The notes beneath the pieces were generated by a model that saw only the letters and a program-made list of their open reading frames with translations, was not told the origin of the DNA and made no database searches. Positions 38,301 through 50,932 of a DNA stretch of 64,000 bases are shown piece after piece. How positions within the stretch are numbered: the stretch's first letter is position 1; the number at the start of each line of letters is the position of its first letter. The translations under genes were made by a program, and so were the position numbers. Origin of the DNA: Raillietiella orientalis (taxonomy: Eukaryota); assembly GCA_036172245.1 (NCBI GenBank), contig JAYWIR010000026.1:1550001-1614000 (forward strand), read 5' to 3'.

Positions 38301-41300
38301 AATCTCCCGGCTGGACGAACGTGCTCTGAGCACCCGCCCCCGCATTCCTGAAGCAGGACAGCAGCAGAGGAGGGGAGGGGCGCTGCCATGAGCGCGGGAA
38401 ATTTCGGAGAGGGCTGCAAATCGCTTCGTGGGGTGGGTGGCGGCGAGAAGGAGGCGCAGGAAGCTGGTGGGCTTCCTCCTGAGGTGCTCGACCCTTCCAT
38501 CCCGACCCGTTTGGGGAGGAGGAAGGGAACGGTGCCGCCACCGTCGTCCTTTTCTCGCGCCCGGGACTCCTCTCCCTAGCAGATCTCCCTCCGTCTCCTC
38601 CACGGCAACACAGGCGACCCGGGGAAGAGGAAGGAGAGCAGAAGAGGAGAGCCGAGCTCACTGGTGAAGGCGAGTGGGTTCCCCTAGGAAGGGTCCCGTT
38701 CTCCGGGAAGCGAGCGAAGGGGAAACTCGGACTGGAGTGCGCGATGTCGGATTTCCAGCACGACCTTTCCCCTGCCCCTCCGATTGGCGGGCGCCTCCCT
38801 GCTGCAGAAGCTCCTTGCACTTTTCGCACCCTTTTTTCGAATTCAGGAAGAGATTTTCTGGGGTGGGGAGAAGGAAGTTCCTAGAGCACTAGCGGTGGGC
38901 GCCAAGAATCCACTCGATTCGCGAAGACAACTTTTTCCAGGAGCTTTTTCCTGCTGGCTCCGTGGAGGACGCGCGGCGCCTCTGCAAAGAGCCAGGACCC
39001 GGTCGGATGCAGGGGAGCGGGAGGGAAGGGGAAAGGCGAACGGGAAGAACTCCCGTTCCACGCTCCAGTGGTAGGAGTCCAAGCCTTCGGGGTCGCACTA
39101 GCTGGCTGTCCTCTCTCCCCTGATGGACTTTCCCCTGGCATAAGAGACCCCAGACCGCGTAGAGGGCAAAGAAAAGAGTGGATCGCTCTCTGAAAATCCC
39201 TCTTCCCCCAGGTACAGCTGGGGAACCTGGGTAAGAGGTCCACTGTCTCCCCAGCCGACACAGAGGGAGTGGAGTGTGTGTCTCGTTGCCGTTGCCGTGA
39301 TAGACGCGGGTCAGGGAGGTCGGGGACGAGCGCCACACCAGGCAACTGGGTGAGAGCTGCGGGATGCTTTCTCTCCCTTCCATACCGCCGCCGTTCCCTG
39401 AGGGTTTCCGGGATCGGAGAGGGAGCAGCGCGCGCGCTCCGGGGTCCCGCGGCGAGTCGCTATGGCTTTCTTCTCAGGCGAGTGCCGCAGGGAGCGCCGC
39501 TTCCGTTTCCCCCCTCGTCCGCGGCTTCCCCCACTGGTCAGCCGGAAGTTCACCCCTTCGCTGAGGGCTCCGCACCTTTCCTTTCCCCCTTCTTTCCGAA
39601 GCGGATTTGTCCTGAGCGCGGGCCGCGGCCCCTCCACAGTCACGGCGTCCGCGGTTTCGTCGCCGCCTCCGTCGCGATGGATACGCGCGGAGTCTATCGC
39701 GATCCTACAGAGGGGAGCATCCCGCGCTCCTGGAGCCAAGTTGAAGGGCGAGGGCGGCAGCAGCCAAGGGAAGGAAATTGGGCCGGGCCGCGGAAACCGG
39801 CAGGGGGTGCGCGCGTTATCATGGGGGCGCGCGGCGGTGTGTCGCAAAGGGAGGAAGCGGCTGAGGCGATGTCGAAACGTAGCCTCCGCTGCCACGATGA
39901 GGCAACGAGGAAGGTCCTGCGCTCGCAGGCGCGCCAAGTTTCCGCAACCGGGACGCTTCCCGCCCCTGGGAGGCACAGCTCCGAGGGCTGACGGCACCCC
40001 AGATGCAGTCGAGGAAGGGAGGGAAAAGGCAAAAGGGTGGGAAAGGCTGCGAGTGAGGAAGGAGTGGGGAAGGAACCACCGCCCGCTCTCCAAGCGCGAT
40101 CGATGTGGCCGAATGGGTCCAGTGCTTCGCGGAGTCCTTGAGCTCGAATGCAGGAGGAGCAGGATGCGCCCCACGAAGCCTCTCCTGCTCCCGGACCCGT
40201 GAGGTGATGTAGCCTTCTCTCACAGCAACTGCATCTTTGCCTACTTCTCCTGCCTCCCTCCTCTGTCCGGGGTCGTTTCCCCTCCTCCTTTATGAGCCAC
40301 ACCCTAATGATGAATGCTTAGTAGGATCCATCGTGAAGGGGCAGGGCAGCCGCCTGGCAGCCGATGCCTCTATGCCGGGAAAGAGAAAGAAAGGGGAGAT
40401 CATTAGAAAAAAAGCACGCAACGCCCCTCGTCAAGGAAAGTCCTCCGCCTTTTCCCCAAAGAAACTCCTAAGGCACCGCTCCTCGGACCTTCCATCCCTG
40501 GGCAAACCAGGAGAACTTGGCCTCGAACTCTTCCTGAGAGAAACGACCTACTGGAGCTTCCCGAAAACCCTCTCCCAACACTAAGGGTCTCATCCTCCAC
40601 CCCTGCACGGGGATCTGTTCGGCCCACCTCTCCAGGAGCACAGCACCGGCACTAGCAATAGCGGTGTTCTCTCGTAGCCGGAGTCATGACTGAGCTCCAG
40701 GATGGAAGCTGAAGAGGAACGGTTACGGCCAGCGACCCTTCCCACTTGCTGATCATGGACTAAACTAGGTGGTTCCATTCCTTCTCAGGAGGGAAAGGGG
40801 TCTTCTAGACCCCATTCGACCGAAGAGGTAGAAGCAGAACAGCTGCCTCGCGTGAACCACAGGAGACGTCCCGACTGCGTTCCTCCTCCGGAACAGGGAT
40901 TAGCTCGGTCGACAACGAGGAAGGAGGTCGGTCCTTTTTTCTTTTTTTTCCTTGCTAAGGGATGCCGGCTGCCGCTGTGCACGTGATGCGCCCCTGACCC
41001 CATGCACCCACCCCGATGACAACCGTCGCTCATCGAATCACCAGGAAGATCAAAAGAACGTCGGAGGGGTTCCGCTAGGGAGGGGTAGGTAAGGAAACGC
41101 TTCGGAGTCCGCCATCTTCACAGAAGTTCCGAGTTTGGAAAACTCCTGGATAAGGACCTCTTCACTCATGGGGCTCTGTTGGGAAGCCGCCCAGATGCAC
41201 CCTTCAGCTCCCGTCCTGTGTGGTCCTCGACCCCACGCTGTTCTTTTTTTTTCTTCTTCTTCTTTCTCCTCCCCCTCCTTTTTTTCAACCTGGTCGCAAC

Positions 41301-42608
41301 GGCGGAGCCTAGCAAAGAAAGCATCTCCACGGTGACCGTTTTTGGCCGGCCCGGTCGCACTCGTGTGGGTTTCAAGCCCGCATACACGACCGTCCTTCGT
41401 CGGTCACCTCATCCAACCGCATTCCTTCGTTCTCAGCTGTTCCCAAAATCCGTGTGCGTTCGTGTATGTGCACGTTGCTTCACTCAGCGGCTTCAGGAAG
41501 CTGGGATGCATCCGTCTTTCCCACTGGAAAGCAATCGTTCGAACCACGCGAGAAAGACTGCCATGACGTCAGGCACGCCGATTTCAAGAAGCGAACCGAT
41601 CGAGGCTCGGGTGCATACCACCCCGAAATTTTCCTGATAACGCGCCGCGGTGAAGTGATGTGGAGTCGCACGTTGAAGCCGGACGCCGGAGAAACCGCCA
41701 TCGAAAAGATGTGCCCCAGGTCGGGACGAATCGCACCCAGGAAAGACTTTCCGACCGCCTTCGGGAATCCCATCCCACGTGAAACCACGGACACTCGAAA
41801 GTCGCTTGGAGTCGACGCAGAAAACTAAGATGCAACTTGCACGCGCTTTCTGCTCGGCAGAAGAGTCGCTCTTTAGATTCCTAGCTCTGATTTGTGAACC
41901 TCAGCGACCCGACCCACGACACATGGTTCCCTTCCGCGCTCCCAAGCTAGGCTATCCCGGCCCGGAGCAACAACGAGGGAGAGAGGATGGAAAGCCGCTC
42001 CACCCGTTGCGAGCGTAGTGCCACCTGCGGATGGATCACAGAGCGGGGGAGGAAGAAGCACGCGTCTCGCGCAACGGGTTTTTTTTTTTCTTCTTCTTCT
42101 TCTTTCTTTCTTTCTCCCTCTCTGCAAGGAATTCGAGATTCTGTTAAGCAAGAAGGAAGGCGAGACCGATTTCTAAACGAAACCGTCTCCGCTCTTTCGG
42201 AAACGCAGCGCAACCCGCGGACAGCCCGCGATCGTTCCCGGTCGTTCTGCCAGCATTCTTCTCCTTTCCGAGAAACGCGGGCGATCGCAAACCACTGGGG
42301 GGTCAGCACGACCTGAGACCGGGCTGCGCGCGGACTTCCTAGGCGGGAAGCCATTCATCCGAGCCTTTGGCTCACCGATACGAGGGCCCTCCACCTCTTC
42401 GCCGTCACTTGAAGACGCGCAGTTGAAACGGGGACCCCGGCAAAGCAATTTGCCAGCATTATACCGCGTAATTCGAAAAGCCGAGCGATAACGGAGAGAA
42501 AACAACAGCGCCTCTGCAAGGCAAAGTGAACGGATGCGACAAAGCGCGCACGACCGCCGTTTTTATGCGCAACTCATTGAGCAAACAGGGGAAAAAGGAA
42601 GAAAGAAG

Positions 42609-42690
42609 GAGAGAGAAAGAGAGAGAGAGAGAGAGAGGGGGGGGGGGGGAAGCACGCACGCGCACGCACGCACGCACGCAGGCAGGCAAG
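42609..42690. repeat. Compound simple repeat (GA)n-polyG-(GCAC)n-(GCAG)n
   Basis: Read directly. Confidence 0.85.
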
Positions 42691-45600
42691 CAAACAAACG
42701 CGCGTGCAAAGCGTGCGACTCTCATATAAATTTGGTCGATGATACTTTGAGGGAAGAAAGCAATAAGCTTCCTATTAAATGAAATCCCAGAATCATTCAC
42801 TGAAAAGACAACCAGAAACCGTGCCCGAATAGGAAGGTCAGACGCAGTACATCAATTAAAACGTGCAACCTGATGCAGGAAAAGAAGCTCGAGGCGCTGA
42901 AACAATCAGAATGTAAAGCAACATGGAAGGAAATGGAAATTGGAGCAGAAGGGAAATCCATGACAGAACCAGAAGATAAATTACTATTTACAATCGGAGA
43001 AGCAACAACAACAGCATCGCGATTTTCGGAGAAGTTTCTCCTTCTGCAAACAAAAAGGTCGATGGAAAATGAACGCAATCTTCTCACATGATTCCCTACC
43101 CTTTCCCAGGAAGTCAGCCTTTGGGCTGAAGGTACCTAATAACGAGTGGTGCGGGCCGCGGACCTTCCAGCAGAGACGGGCTAATTATTTTCTCCCTCTC
43201 CCTCTCCCTCTCCCTCTCTCCCCCTCAACTCAACCGCGCTCCGATGTCGCCGCCTGGGCAGCAGGAAAAGGCAGGCAGGCGAACGGCAGTCCGCCGAATC
43301 CCCCCGCATCTGCGCATTCCGCGATCCGGGATCTCCGCGACGGCACGCTCGGCGCTCAAGGACCGGCAGACCGAAAGCACAGGGACAGGAAGAACGGTTC
43401 CCGTGACTCTGCGCCCCTCCGCGCCGCCGCGGTGCCAAAAAGGATGGCACGCACGCTCTCTTTCGTGACAGCCCCGTCGTCCTCCTCACCTTCGCGGTGG
43501 GGGCATCAACTCGCTCGCCTCGCTGGATCCGTGCAGACGCAAGGTCTCTGGCATCCTCTGGAGAGCCCTAACGAACCGGTTCGTTCCAAACAGCATGCCA
43601 AAAAAGCCCCCTCGGCGACGAAACACCCACGTGGCACACAGGATACCGCGCGCGCGCGCGCGCCCTGTTACCACATTGGAAAGAGGAAACTCATGGCACT
43701 CGCGGTTTTCGCTCGGGGGCCGCGCGCGTCGCTCACGCGAACATGCGCCAAACCAAAGACCCCTGTCCCCTACCCTACCCATATCTTTATTTCTATTTTC
43801 GATATGTGTATTTGTGGCCCCCCACCCCCACCCGTTCCGGACTTTCGGTGTACCGACCTGCGTGTCGGCGATCCCCCCCCTTCTGTGTACTTTGTCCGGG
43901 AACCCTGTTCCTGGAATAGTTTAGGAATAAACGCCCCGGCGCACCCGGGTGAGAAACAAAGGCGCTCGTTCGCAACGCAGCCCGGGAGGAACACTCTCTT
44001 CCCGTCCCGAGGTGGTGTTCGCTGCTCTGCCCCCGCTTCCGTTTCCGCCCCTCCCCTTCGCTCCCGACGGTCTCCAGCGTACCGGGAGTCCGACCACGAC
44101 GGCGAGGGACGGCCAGTCCCCGTCTCCAGGGATTCGCTCCCTTGCGGGATTTCCACACCGAGGACCGGAAATCCCCCCCCCCACCCCCCCACCCCCAAAG
44201 ATGCTCGGGCGGGTCTCCGCGCTCGCGCGAACCTTCCAAGCACCTCGGCCACCGTCGCAGCTCGAGGAACATCCCCCGGCGGATGCTGCCGCCCAACTCC
44301 GAGCAGCGGGTGGGTCCCATCTGGGAAAAAGTTGGGCAGAAGAGCGCAGCCTCACAAGCCGTAACGGTACCGCGGTCTTCTGCCCGTTTGAATGAGTGCA
44401 CCACTACCGCCGGGCTGGAAAAATCCGCACGCCACAGGCGCGTGCGCGCCGGACTCGATCTTCGAACGGCCGGCCAGACGGTAACGTCTTTATCTGCAGC
44501 TAACAGTAAATTCCGGCAGCTTGCTTTGAAAGCTTACAGTGTTGCACGGAAACGTCGAGCAGTGTTCGGGTGTAGGCCGTGCACGACTCGGAAAGCACAG
44601 AGCCACTAACTGCTCGGCATCGAGCTGCGTGCCTTTCGCTGCTCCGCCGCGCACGCGCGATCCCAGGGGCGCGCTTCCACCGGCTTGCTGCAGGCCGTGC
44701 CCTTGCCAGAAAAGCACCCACCCACATGGAGTCTTCCGAAGCGGAAGAAACGGGGCGCGGCAAGAGTAGCAGGCAAGAGCCGCGGGATGCGCGTATCCCT
44801 TCCTGGAACGAGCACGCTCGGATCCGAGGGATGAGTTCCTGCGACAGCAGACTGGGGGTCCCCGGGTCGTCCTGAGTTTTCTTGGGCCCGCCCGCGTGGG
44901 TCCAACCCTGCGCTAGAGAGCGCGGTCTCGTAGGCGCCGCCGCACAGGGGCAGCCCCTGTGCCTGGAAGGCGCCCCCGAAACGGCAAGGGAGCAGTCGCA
45001 GTTCCCGAGGGTTCCCGTGAGCAGTTCCTTCACGTGGGCGCGGTTAGTATGTACCGTGAAGAGGCGCGGGTGCGTACGCGAAGAAAAGACAGACGAGCAC
45101 GTGTTGGTGGCCCCTGGCGAGCGTACCTTAACGTCTGCGCCTGCCGCGGCGTTCACAGATAACGCCGCGACTTCCGTGGAGTCGTACCGCACGACACCGC
45201 TTCGGGTCCACTTGCTGCAGGGACCCTTGGAAGCAGAACGAATGAAAGCTTGGAATCCCAAACGCCAAAAGAAGAAAAAAAAAAGAAAAGAAAAGAAAAA
45301 AAACAAAAAAAAAAAATTACGGACGGTCTCGAAAGTAGGGAAGGCAAGGTGGAGAGAGGGAAACCCAACGCCACGCGAAGTTTCCTCTGGAAAAAAACAG
45401 CTATAAAACGGAACACAGTGTCAGATCAAAGCTTTCCCTGGTGTGGGTGTCAAATATTCCAGGGACATCGTAAAATCAGAATGTTTATAAAATCGCTGAT
45501 TCGCGAATCCGGGATTATAAATTACGTCCGGAATTACTCGACCCCTGTTCTGGTCCGAACCCCCGCCCGGTCCGGAATTCGAACGTCCACCTTGAGGAGT

Positions 45601-48600
45601 TCGCCTGAAGATTTTCAAGATGGAAGGCTGCCGTCCCAAGGAAACGGGAAAGCCACTCGGCGAATTGGAACGGCGAATCCGCTGGGATTTTGAAATTGCA
45701 CGGACTCGGCTGGGCTGCTGCAGAAGATACGCGCAGATGAATGCAACGATCATCGAATGATTTGCTCTCCTTCGCGCGAGCGCTTTCACTGCGGTGAATA
45801 GGAAGTGCAGCCCACAGCATCAAATTACGGATTTTGCAAAAAAGGTATCGCTATTTGTCAAGGGTAGCTGCTCAATTAACCTTGGCAATTTAGGTTAATC
45901 GATTCATATAAACACAAACATGGAAACCGATACCGAACTGTAAATCCGCTGAATGCCGCTGGTCAGCAAGAAATTTCGGAGGACTTCTCCACGGCAACGG
46001 GAGAATTGCGCGTTCGAGGGTTGCAAATCGACAGCCGTGCGCGGACGTGTACGGCTGTCCCAACCCGACACGGAAACTGGGAGTGTCATCTCTGGAAGCA
46101 AGGTGTACTCGCGGACGAGTTTCGAAAGGAGACCGAACGGATGTGGATTCTTTTTGGCGAGGCCGTCTGCCATCGAGAAATGATTCGAGGAAGCCATGAC
46201 TGCCCTCCCCCCCCCCCCCTTCTCGCTCCCCCTGCCTCCCTACACCCGAGCTGCCGGGACTGTGCTCCCCATCGAGTTTCCAGCCTATCGAATTACCTCC
46301 ATTTTCGCCATCGACGTTTATCGTTAACACGCGAACGGCTCTCAGCTTCGCACAGCAAGTACGCAAGGCATCGTTATTCATCACCGAATAAACGCAAGAA
46401 ACTTTGAAGTTGCTACACCAACAGAATAAGCACAGATGAATTGCATTTTCACATGATCTGCACGCCCCCTGATTTGAGGGGCAATCCGCGTTTCGAAAGG
46501 CCGTCTTTTCGGCGTCGGGAGGCGTACGCGCAAAGGGAGTTCTGCGCAACACGACTGTGGTTCCCCTGCCCGCTTCGTCTGCAATCAGTTGGGCGAAACG
46601 TGGTCTTACTGCAGTCTCCACGACCCTTACCGCGACATACAACATTATGTGTTTATTGACATCCATCTACGGTACTCACAAACCAAAGGATATCCGAGAT
46701 GCATAATCGCAAATGCCATGTGAAACACCCGGAGCCACCGTATAGAAGATGTATCTTATATCGAACGGCAATTGACCGAGCAATTTTCCTACGGGCTTGG
46801 ACCACCGCAAATCCTGCCGCCCGAGTCAGTAAACAGGAAAACGGGCTTTAAGAACGAAGCCCCTCGACACCCACGTCAACTTCGAAAGCAGAAGCGGCAG
46901 CACTCTTCTTGGCATCGACAGAATGCTGCTGCAAGAGTTGGGCTGAAGAGCTGCTGACCACCACTCACGCTTCGCGTGGTGGGCGCACCGCGCTTTCGGC
47001 ATTCCTTCGAGGGAACGCATCCGTCTGAAAGGCCTCGAATCCGACCCGTGCAACGGCCACACTTGGCCGGGCCAAGACGAAATCTGGATCTCCACAGATT
47101 TGACTTGATTGCGCGCGCTTTCGAAGCGCGAAACCGAGCTCGAATGCCGGAGGCGACCTGATCCACATGCAGCAGCTCCTGCTTAACTCGAATTTCGCCT
47201 CAATGGATTCTCATTAGGCTATATTTTAAGCATGGTGACGAAGCCGGCGGCTTTGAAGTGACCGCCTTCCTATCACTCGTACAACGGAGGATGTCTTTTT
47301 TCATTTACTATGCAAATATGCAGGCCGATTCCCCGCCCTCCCCGAACCATCATCATTTACGTGCGCAACAAATGAAGGAGGCAAGCAGATTCGAAAACCT
47401 TAGCAGAGAGCCAATTTGCTTGACATTTTTTTCGAGGGCCTCTCTCGTTGTTTTGTGCGGTTTCCTAACTTCAAGTTTGGTAACCAAAAAAAAAAACAAA
47501 CCAACCTTGTTTTCTTAGAGTCAACAACAACAACAACCCTGGAAAGAGCAAATCAGATTTGGAATCACGAGTGTGCCGTAAAGGTTTCTTGAGATTCTTT
47601 CTACGTGCGATCAATAAGCAAATTAAACTGGAACATGAATGGAAACTCTCGATTCACGCCGAGAAATCTCTTCGCTGGACCAATCGCCATACTCGAAAAT
47701 ACCCGCCGATGCCGTGTTACAAACACGGCATTAAACACGGTAACCGGCTCCCAGCGACAAATTAAGGTGGAAAGCGGGATAGAATTACGATAGCTCTATT
47801 TGAAACGATAACTTGTTGCTGAAAACATGGCTGACCACCACTGTTTGCACGTGTGAAACAGAAAACCCTGTTCCTTAGGGGCCACGGGGAAACCACGGGG
47901 CAACAACAACGGGGAATCTGAGAAACAGTGCATCTCCATCTCCCCTTATCCCACCGTCACACTGCAATTTTTCTAATGAGCCTTCCTTCGAGGGTTGCAT
48001 TTGATCCTTCTGCGACCAAGAAGCGGCTCCGTCTCCAAGATACCTACGGAAATTTGATTCCCAACTTGATGCTTGAGACAAATGTTGCAATTTTTCGGCA
48101 CTTCGAATCACATTCCCGTTTCGACAAGCCACCGAAAAGACATGCAGCTCGACCTGCACACTCATCGCAGCTCACATGCACGAACTTGGAAGGGAACAAC
48201 AACAACAACAACAAAGATCGTTACAGTGGGACCAACAGCTCTTAAACGTTGCTCTTGCTTTAATGAGTCAAACACTTGTTTGCTGCGAACACGAGGGAAG
48301 CCACTGCCGCCTTCTGCAGCTCCGTGAGCCAAAGGATTCGTACACCTGCTGTTTGGAATGCTGCCACCAGTGTTCCCGCCTACCTTTCATGGCAATTTAT
48401 GCTTTGCAAGTTTTGGTGGTCAAAATTAATGCTGACCAAAATTTTACGCGTACATCCCCATGTTTTAAATTCCCTTAATTTTAAACTGCCATGAAGCAAC
48501 CTGCAGATTCAGCATCTTTGCTGGAATGTACTTCCGTGTAACCGAACAACGGTACGCAGAGCTTCGACTTTTTCAAGCGTGGCCGTCTTAGCTCGTAACT

Positions 48601-49696
48601 TCACGTGCCGACTTTGATTTTGCATGCACCTTTCAAAGAGATTATAAAATTTTCACACACTTTTAAATGAAACACTGATCGTTTCAACAACATGTGTTGC
48701 AAGAGATTAAGATTTCAAAAGCCTTTATTATCTGAAGCTTTCGACTCGGTTGTTCCCTACGGGTGCCATTCAACACGGCTTCGTGAGTACTTCTTTGATA
48801 GAGTGTGATTATCACGAAACTCCTCCAACCTCGGAGACTTCACGCAGCAGCACCATCCGCTCTCTATTCCTGCTTCTGAAGACATGACTATGCCCAAGTC
48901 ATGGAACAGTCAAGCTATTAATCTGTAGGGCTCAGTCACGGTGCACATTCGAGTACTGACCAGGGTGTCTCCTACTGTCTAGCGCGACCGTGATCGCCTT
49001 GATAAACGGTCCATCGCACCGTCCACACGGAGGGTCTGCAGCGACGAGCAACTTCTTTTCACTTCTCCGGCGCTTCTACCAACATTCCTGGATCCTCGAC
49101 TCTGTACAAGTGTCTCCAGCAATGGACTGCGTTTGTTGGGTGTCGCAGTACTGGCATGGGTGCGATCGTCGAGGTTGATGTGCAAAAAATCGACACTTCT
49201 CCTCTTTTGGCAGGCGTGCTACTTTGCAAACAACAGATCCGGCGTGCCTCGAAGACGTCGTCAAGCTCTTCGACCTTGGTCTTCCGTATTCTTCACATAC
49301 GTTGCCGCGACAATATCTCGCTTTCCCTATCGCCTGATAATACTATTTGATGATGCGATCAAAAAAAAAAGTTGTAAAATACATACGCAGCCTCATCATA
49401 ACCATCAAAATGAAAGGCATACAACGCCTAATCATAACCACAATGACCTGAGCTCGCGTAATTTAACAAACTGTGGAATATGCGCCTCTTTAGTGATTGT
49501 CCAATCTGGAAAGCCGCGCCTGTATAAATACAGCCTACCCACTGCAAGGGTCAAACCATCAAAGTCAAGGTACTGTGTGATGCAATAAACTTATGAATTA
49601 TGATGGTTTGACTTGACGTGTTGAGAAACAATGTTCCCAATTGTCTCAATACGCATCTTCCTCGTCTTCACGCTCAATTTTTTTTGTTTTTATTTC

Positions 49697-50684
49697 TCAT
49701 TGTGTGTTCCCAACATAACTCTCCAAGCAGTCAACTCCAAAGTCAGATATCACTCCTCTGAATAGAGGATTGTGAATAAGGGCAGGAGCAAGCTCCCTTC
49801 TTGGACTCAGTGCCAACAGTACATGTTTGTTGTAATCCTGTTGCAGTAAACACACCACTACAACTAGATGAACATCATCTACTCCTAAGTTGCAAGGGCA
49901 CAGATCTGTGTAGTTGTTGGATCTTCTACTTCGAATTTGCGGCATTGAAATGGTTTGCAAAGGTGATAATCATAATCATGAACTCTGTATCAGTTCTGCT
50001 ACTTGAAAAGTCCTTGACTTTTGTAGAGATATAGTTATCATCCCTGTATCATATGATTGGTGAGATTCAGCACTCCTATACCAATTTTTCCACATGTGTT
50101 GGCACAGTGTTAGTCCTGGAACTTGGTGGCTGGGAGGCGAGACGTATCTTCTAACTTTACATCTGCTACACATATGTATCAGGAGACTTCCATCTGCTAT
50201 CGCTGTCTTCCCATCCGGATTCAAGTATGCTAAATCTTCCTCAAGTACATGTGCTGCACCACTTACGAACTGATGTAAGAATGCTAGCTTTCTGATGGAT
50301 TCTACTTCATCAGCAACATAGTACACTTAGTTTACTATCTTCCACTTCTTAAATTAAATCCAATAAATCATCGATGGACTAAAGCTATATTTGTCCAGTA
50401 CCTTCTCAATTCATATGACTCATCTACTGAAGTCTTGCTCAATCTCTGGCCAAGGTTCCTTGCTAAACTCGATTGTATCAGGAATATCCTTAGTATTGAA
50501 CAATGAGTGCTGCCAAGTCACTAACTCTGATGACTAAACAAGTTCAAGAACTTTGTAATTTGCTGGAATTCTACAATTCGACCATATTTCTTCATCAAGG
50601 TATACTGGCGTTTGAAATCTTCGTACAACATGTTTTTCTTGAAAAAACCGAATTTGATTTCCATTGGTCTGCCACAGTATTTAC
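49697..50684 (-). pseudogene. Decayed ~329-codon reading frame with a chromodomain-like segment
   Basis: Begins at a TTTTTTAG acceptor (50685). One frame runs from 50683 to 49697 without a frameshift and includes ORFs 50326-49976 and 49960-49697, with 8 premature stops. IEKVLD-x9-YWI*FKKW-x6-Y-x5-V matches HP1-type chromodomain spacing. Confidence 0.45.
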
Positions 50685-50813
50685 CTAAAAAATAGTAATA
50701 CCTAAAAATGAAGGGGATGTTTGTATGCCATGGAATAAAATACTTCAACAATAAAAACTATTTCAGCATTAAAATATTCATGAATGATAATGAAGTAATT
50801 TTGTACATGAAAT

Positions 50814-50932
50814 TAACAGAAAGTTTCCAATTTTTTAAGACACTTGCTTTTAGGTTGTAATCATGTCAGCACTTATGTCTTAAAAAATTGGAAACTTTCT
50901 GTTATGCTGACATGATTACAACCTAAAAGCAA
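50814..50932. repeat. Interleaved double inverted repeat A-B-A'-B'
   Basis: A 50814-50842 (29 bp) is the perfect reverse complement of 50876-50904. B 50844-50871 (28 bp) is the perfect reverse complement of 50905-50932. Confidence 0.95.

Noticed and set aside
40590..40778. ILELSHDSG as an integrase H2C2 fragment
   Set aside because: Too short; the following GH and CxxC motifs are absent.
43069..44364. 431-aa ORF and the other long ORFs (35217-36302, 35387-36424, 15141-16166, 1500-2447, 24558-25523, 26521-27483)
   Set aside because: Arg/Pro/Gly/Ser-rich low-complexity translations, open in several overlapping frames and crossing homopolymer runs. This is expected in GC-rich DNA; no domains recognisable.
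49697..50684. Argument that all premature stops are C-to-T products and therefore prove methylation
   Set aside because: Every stop codon starts with T and is trivially compatible with C-to-T; this needs an intact homologue to test.
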